A stretch of DNA of 64,000 nucleotides, taken from positions 279,744,001 through 279,808,000 of the forward strand of contig OZ024743.1 in NCBI GenBank assembly GCA_964016885.1, in the 5' to 3' direction. Position numbers and translations under genes: made by a program. This document shows positions 59,447 through 64,000 of this stretch, piece after piece. Every line of letters starts with the position of its first letter. Within the stretch, counting starts at the first letter, position 1. The DNA is from Eledone cirrhosa. Taxonomy: Eukaryota. Under the pieces are notes generated by a model, which saw only the letters and a list, made by a program, of their open reading frames with translations, was not told the DNA's origin and did not search any database.

Positions 59447-62370
59447 ATTTTGGTCGTTTTGCGGATGGGTAATTCTCCGGGTAACAGGATCCGGTGGTAA
59501 AGAGAGAGATGTAAGGGAATGTAGAATGAGATGTATAGTGTCTAGAGGAACGTAGGAAAGAGCCTAAAAAATAAAAATAACACGAGATAGAGTTACCTTG
59601 GGAGAGATTTAATTGTCCCTATATTTCGGATTCGCATCCATCAACTGGGAGGTTTTCCGGCTGGGGTGGGGGGTTATCTGTCGGAGAGAAACGGCACGTG
59701 TACTCTGCTGTTCGTTGTTTTGACTAACTCAGGTATTCAGCAGAGCACGCGTGCGCGCGGAATAAGTCCGGTCATGCAAAGGTCGACGGTCGACCTAACC
59801 GGCACCCTCACGAACGACTAGCTAGAACTCCGACGCTTCGGACCCAAGTTCATTGCCTCACAACTACTTGACGACAGACTCAAACTCGACATCGAAGCCA
59901 ACTTCAGTCGAGCCGCCTACCCACTTAAATAGGTGACCGCCATCAACAGCGCCACGGAAAATAACAGCGCCCATACAACCCACCCCAAGTTCACCACTTA
60001 CCACCTCGACAACCCACTCTACCCCCCACCCACCAACCATGAACTCGCCACTAAACTTATCAGGTTAAAACGCTCCATCTCGGATATTCTACACAAACAC
60101 ACACACACGCACAACGCACAACCTCATTAAATCTCAACTCACCACTCTCTCCAGCCTGAAATCGAAGAACCTCTCATCTACTTCCCCTCCGACAAGGGAA
60201 AAGAATTCTGCGTCATCAGCAGAGAGGCCTACAACACCCTGGCTCTCCAACACCTTGACGATGACAACCTCTACTCCAAAGTCACAGGAAACACTCCCGC
60301 GCAGATAGAGGAGCACATCAACATCTGTGACCGGCGGAAGCTCCCGAAGAAGCTGAGATACAACCTCCTCACGAGGAACAGCAGACTACCCGCCTTCTAC
60401 GACCTTGTGAAAACACACAAACAAGGACCTTACCTGAAGATCAGGCCCATTGTATCGAGCGTGGAAGGACCGCTCTACAAAATTTCATGGCTCCTAGCCA
60501 GAATACTCAAACCCATACTAGACACCTTGCCAGGACACGTAAACAGCTCCGAGGAGGTGTTGGAGCGCCTGCATCAAATGGATCCCGACACCAGAAAGGC
60601 TAACAGATATGCCTTCAGCCTTGATGTAGTCGCTCTTTACACCTCGGTCCAGGCACTCCCGGCCGTTGATATAATGATGGAACGCGTCCAATCTACCGAC
60701 CTACACTGCTTCGGGCTCACCCCCACTGACATCCACCAACTCATATCCGTCGTCGTTGACAACACATACTTAGGCTTTCTCGCCCAAACATACCAGCAAA
60801 CCTCGGGGCTCCCCATGAGCTCAAGCCTGTCGGGTGTGCTAGCGATCTCATACATAGACAGCCTCAAGCGCAAGGCACTCAACACCTGCCAGCCCAACGC
60901 CGTCGCCTTGTTCTCAGGGTATGTGGACGATATCTTCATCCTCACATTTTCCCAGGAGATAGCGAACGGAATTTATGAGACGTTCAACAACACGGACGAG
61001 AACATTGATTTCAGTATTGAAGACCCCAACGACGACGGGTCACTTGCCCTCCTCGACTTCTGAATCAACATCACGGAGCAGGGAGGGATCCACACCAACT
61101 TCTACCGCAAGGCAGCCAGCAGGGACTTGTTCGTCCACTACAAGTATGCCGTCCCTAACAGTGCTAAAATAGGGTACGTCACGAACGAGATCACGCGAAT
61201 TAAAAACAGATGCAGAGATCTCGTGAGTGGTGTCACCCACACAAAGCGATTCCTCAAAATGCTGGAGACGAACAGGTACCCTGCCTCGTTCACAAACAGA
61301 ATAAGAGACACCAGACGCAAGAGGCAGAGAAACACCCAAGGCAAGTGCTTCCTTAAAATACCACACCTGGGCGAGAATACCACCAACGCTATCCGGAGGG
61401 CTATACGGAGGGAGGCCATCGACATCCACCTGGCCCACTCGGGCCCCTCCCTGCGAAGATGCCTCTCCAAGAAACCCGGGAAATTGACTGACGAGAGTTC
61501 CCTCAGAAACTGCCCGATGCGCCATACGAACTGTTGCTTACGCACATACGTCGTGTATAAGGTAGAATGTGACAAGTGCAACCACTACTATATCAGAAGC
61601 AGAATCCGGCGGCTACACATCCGGATCAAGGAGCACATCAACACCAGAGCCTCGTCTTTCCGGAAACACATAACCAAATGCGGAAATAAAGACGGAAAGC
61701 CCATTGTCACAGTGCTAGCGACAGAACGCAACGTCGGCACGTTACGAATCAAGGAAGCACTTTGGATCAAACGCCTAGGGCCACAAATAAATAACCGATC
61801 CGAGAGAAGCGAATGAGGTGGTTGGTGTAAAGAAACGAGAAAATAACACACGCACGCACACACACAGTAGCATTCCACCGACCAGGCAATCGAATACTAC
61901 TACCATACGAATATACTACACTGCTAATCCAGAAACCAGTCCAGGCAGATAGTACAATGGATTGACAGCTAACGCCACCCCACTCCCAAAATTCAAAGAA
62001 CTACTTCGACCTTTGTTCGTTGATTGACCGGACTTATTCCGCGTGCACGCGCGATCTGCTGAATACCTCAGTTAGTCAAAACGACGAACAGCAGAGGACA
62101 CGTGCCGTTTCTCTCCGACAGATAACCCCCCCATCCCACCCGGAAAACCCCCCAGTTGATGGATGCGAATCCGAAATTTAAGGACAATTAAATCTCTCCC
62201 AAGGTAACTCTATCTGGAGTTATTATTTTTATTTGTTACGCTCTTTCCTACGTTCCTCTACACACTATACATCTCATTCTACATTCCCTTACATCTCTCT
62301 CTTCACCATCGGATCCTGTTACCCGGAGAATTACCCATCTGCATTGTTGAGGATTCAGAAACGACCAAAA
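59447..62370 (+). mobile_element. 5'-truncated endonuclease-bearing PLE with inverted pLTR (59447-59787 / 62007-62370)
   Basis: Diverged reverse-complement arms flanking RT/GIY-YIG sequence. Confidence 0.88.
59790..61816 (+). pseudogene. PLE RT + GIY-YIG pseudogene
   Basis: SDKG, LPAFY..KTHK, IRPIVS, SLDVVALYTSV, QTSGLPM, YVDD, LDF*, FYRK, VVYKVEC..C..YI(R)S, KEA..I..P.IN; stops and lesions in key motifs. Confidence 0.88.
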
Positions 62371-62443
62371 GAAAATAAATCTTATTATCCACAATGCATC
62401 AAGCCAATTTCAATACTCTGTTATATATATATATATATATATG

Positions 62444-62512
<69 letters not shown>

Positions 62513-62517
<5 letters not shown>

Positions 62518-62570
62518 TATGCATGTATACGTACATACATATATGTATACAGACGTACAGTAGCATGCAC

Positions 62571-62601
<31 letters not shown>

Positions 62602-63471
62602 CATATGCATACAGGTACACATACATATATGCACGTATCAGTTTAGCGGCGCTAACGTCGCTTTGTTCGTTTGTAAACAAACTGAACAGCCTGAATTTAT
62701 GCCTGACCGATTTAACTCACTCAATATGCAAATTAGGCTGCTCAGCCGTTAATTTTCATAAGGAAAGTATATACTTTCGAACGTTCAACTATCTGGCAGA
62801 TGGGTAAACGGTGCTGATGATAGCTAACAAGCTTGAAACTAGTACATCGTTCCTGTGTCAGTGTTGAACAAAAAGGTGACGTGGTTGCCTTAACACCGTA
62901 TGGCATAAATTCAGGCTGTTCAGTTTGTTTACAAACGAACAAAGCGACGTTAGCGCCGCTAAACTGATACGTGCATATATGTATGTGTACCTGTATGCAT
63001 ATGTATATATATATGTATATATATATATATATATGTGCATGCTACTGTACGTCTGTATACATATATGTATGTACGTATACATGCATACTTACATTTAAGT
63101 AAGTGCCATACTAAGAGTGAGAAATGAAATTTCGTTTTCATTTTGTTTCAATTTATCGTTTTCGGTATGCCTGACCGATTTAACTCACTCAATATGCAAA
63201 TTAGGCTGCTCAGCCGTTAATTTTCATAAGGAAAGTATATACTTTCGAACGTTCAACTATCTAGCAGATGGGTAAACGGTGCTGATGATAGCTAACAAGC
63301 TTGAAACTAGTACATCGTTCCTGTGTCAGTGTTGAACAAAAAGGTGACGTGGTTGCCTTAACACCGTATGGCATAAATTCAGGCTGTTCAGTTTGTTTAC
63401 AAACGAACAAAGCGACGTTAGCGCCGCTAAACTGATACGTGCATATATGTATGTGTACCTGTATGCATATG

Positions 63472-63503
<32 letters not shown>

Positions 63504-63627
63504 TGTGCATGCTACTGTACGTCTGTATACATATATGTATGTACGTATACATGCATACTTACATTTAAGTAAGTGCCATACTAAGAGTGAGAAATGAAAT
63601 TTCGTTTTCATTTTGTTTCAATTTATA
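62513..63627 (+). repeat. Two head-to-tail 468-bp units with one HHR each, preceded by a truncated inverted copy (retrozyme-like)
   Basis: Units about 62699-63166 and 63167-63627; 62513-62703 is the reverse complement of about 62901-63090; unit end resembles 1060-1125 (minus) and 18795-18840. Confidence 0.88.
62807..62851 (+). ncRNA. Type I hammerhead ribozyme (second copy at 63275-63319)
   Basis: AACGGTG-CTGATGA-tAGCT(AACA)AGCTt-GAA-ACTAGT-A^CATCGTT; 7-bp stem I, palindromic stem III. Confidence 0.85.
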
Positions 63628-63639
63628 TATATATATATG

Positions 63640-63840
63640 TAGGAAAATGTTTAATACCCCGACGGCAGAGTTCAAGCCGTTTCGACGGCTATTTCTGGAC
63701 TGCAATAGCCGTCGTCGAGACGGCTTGAGCTTTGCCGTCGGGGTATTGAAAATGTTCCTATTACCCACTCTATCACCCTAAGAATTGAGTACTCTGGTGC
63801 GTAATGGTCCACCTGGTTCCTTACCACAGTTCCTTCGTTA
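63640..63840 (+). repeat. Hairpin-headed interspersed repeat with about 40-bp arms
   Basis: AATACCCCGACGGC..GACGGCTATT / AATAGCCGTC..GCCGTCGGGGTATT. Confidence 0.8.
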
Positions 63841-64000
63841 TATATATGTATGTATATATATATATATATATATATAAATGCGTGTGTGCGTGTGTGTGTG
63901 TGTGTTTAAATATATATATACATGTGTGTGTGTGTGTGTATGTATATATGTGTATATGTATATATATATACAGAGAGAGAGAGAGACAGAGAGAGAGAGA

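Noticed and set aside
61061-61063. In-frame TGA in the PLE ORF as possible selenocysteine or read-through
   Set aside because: It falls in LDFxI, not a Cys position; likely CGA>TGA deamination in a copy with other lesions; no SECIS recognised

Overview
AT-rich, microsatellite-saturated animal genomic DNA. The repeat repertoire ((TA)n/(CA)n arrays, tRNA-derived Nin/CORE-type SINEs, RTE, Dong/R4 and Tx1 LINEs) suggests an octopus or other coleoid cephalopod; this is an inference. Almost every listed ORF is a microsatellite artefact. Real content is mostly mobile DNA: a near-intact Naiad-type Penelope-like element (PLE; RT plus GIY-YIG, 3583-9016), a second decayed PLE (59447-62370), about ten truncated PLE remnants with inverted pseudo-LTRs, a hATm-like DNA transposon pseudogene, non-autonomous Helitrons (one inserted into a copy of itself), LINE fragments and SINEs. 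The main hidden signal is about 25 type-I hammerhead ribozyme (HHR) motifs read by eye from several sequence families. They include U3-A8 compensatory cores, U4C cores and one with a branched stem II. Two ORF-less head-to-tail arrays (about 592 bp x3 and 468 bp x2) carry one HHR per unit and look like circular-RNA-forming retrozymes. A canonical TATA-Inr promoter with a 20-nt first exon and GTAAGT donor on the minus strand (about 55.5 kb) suggests most of the window is intronic sequence of an unidentified host transcript. Coordinates were counted by hand, so element boundaries are approximate.
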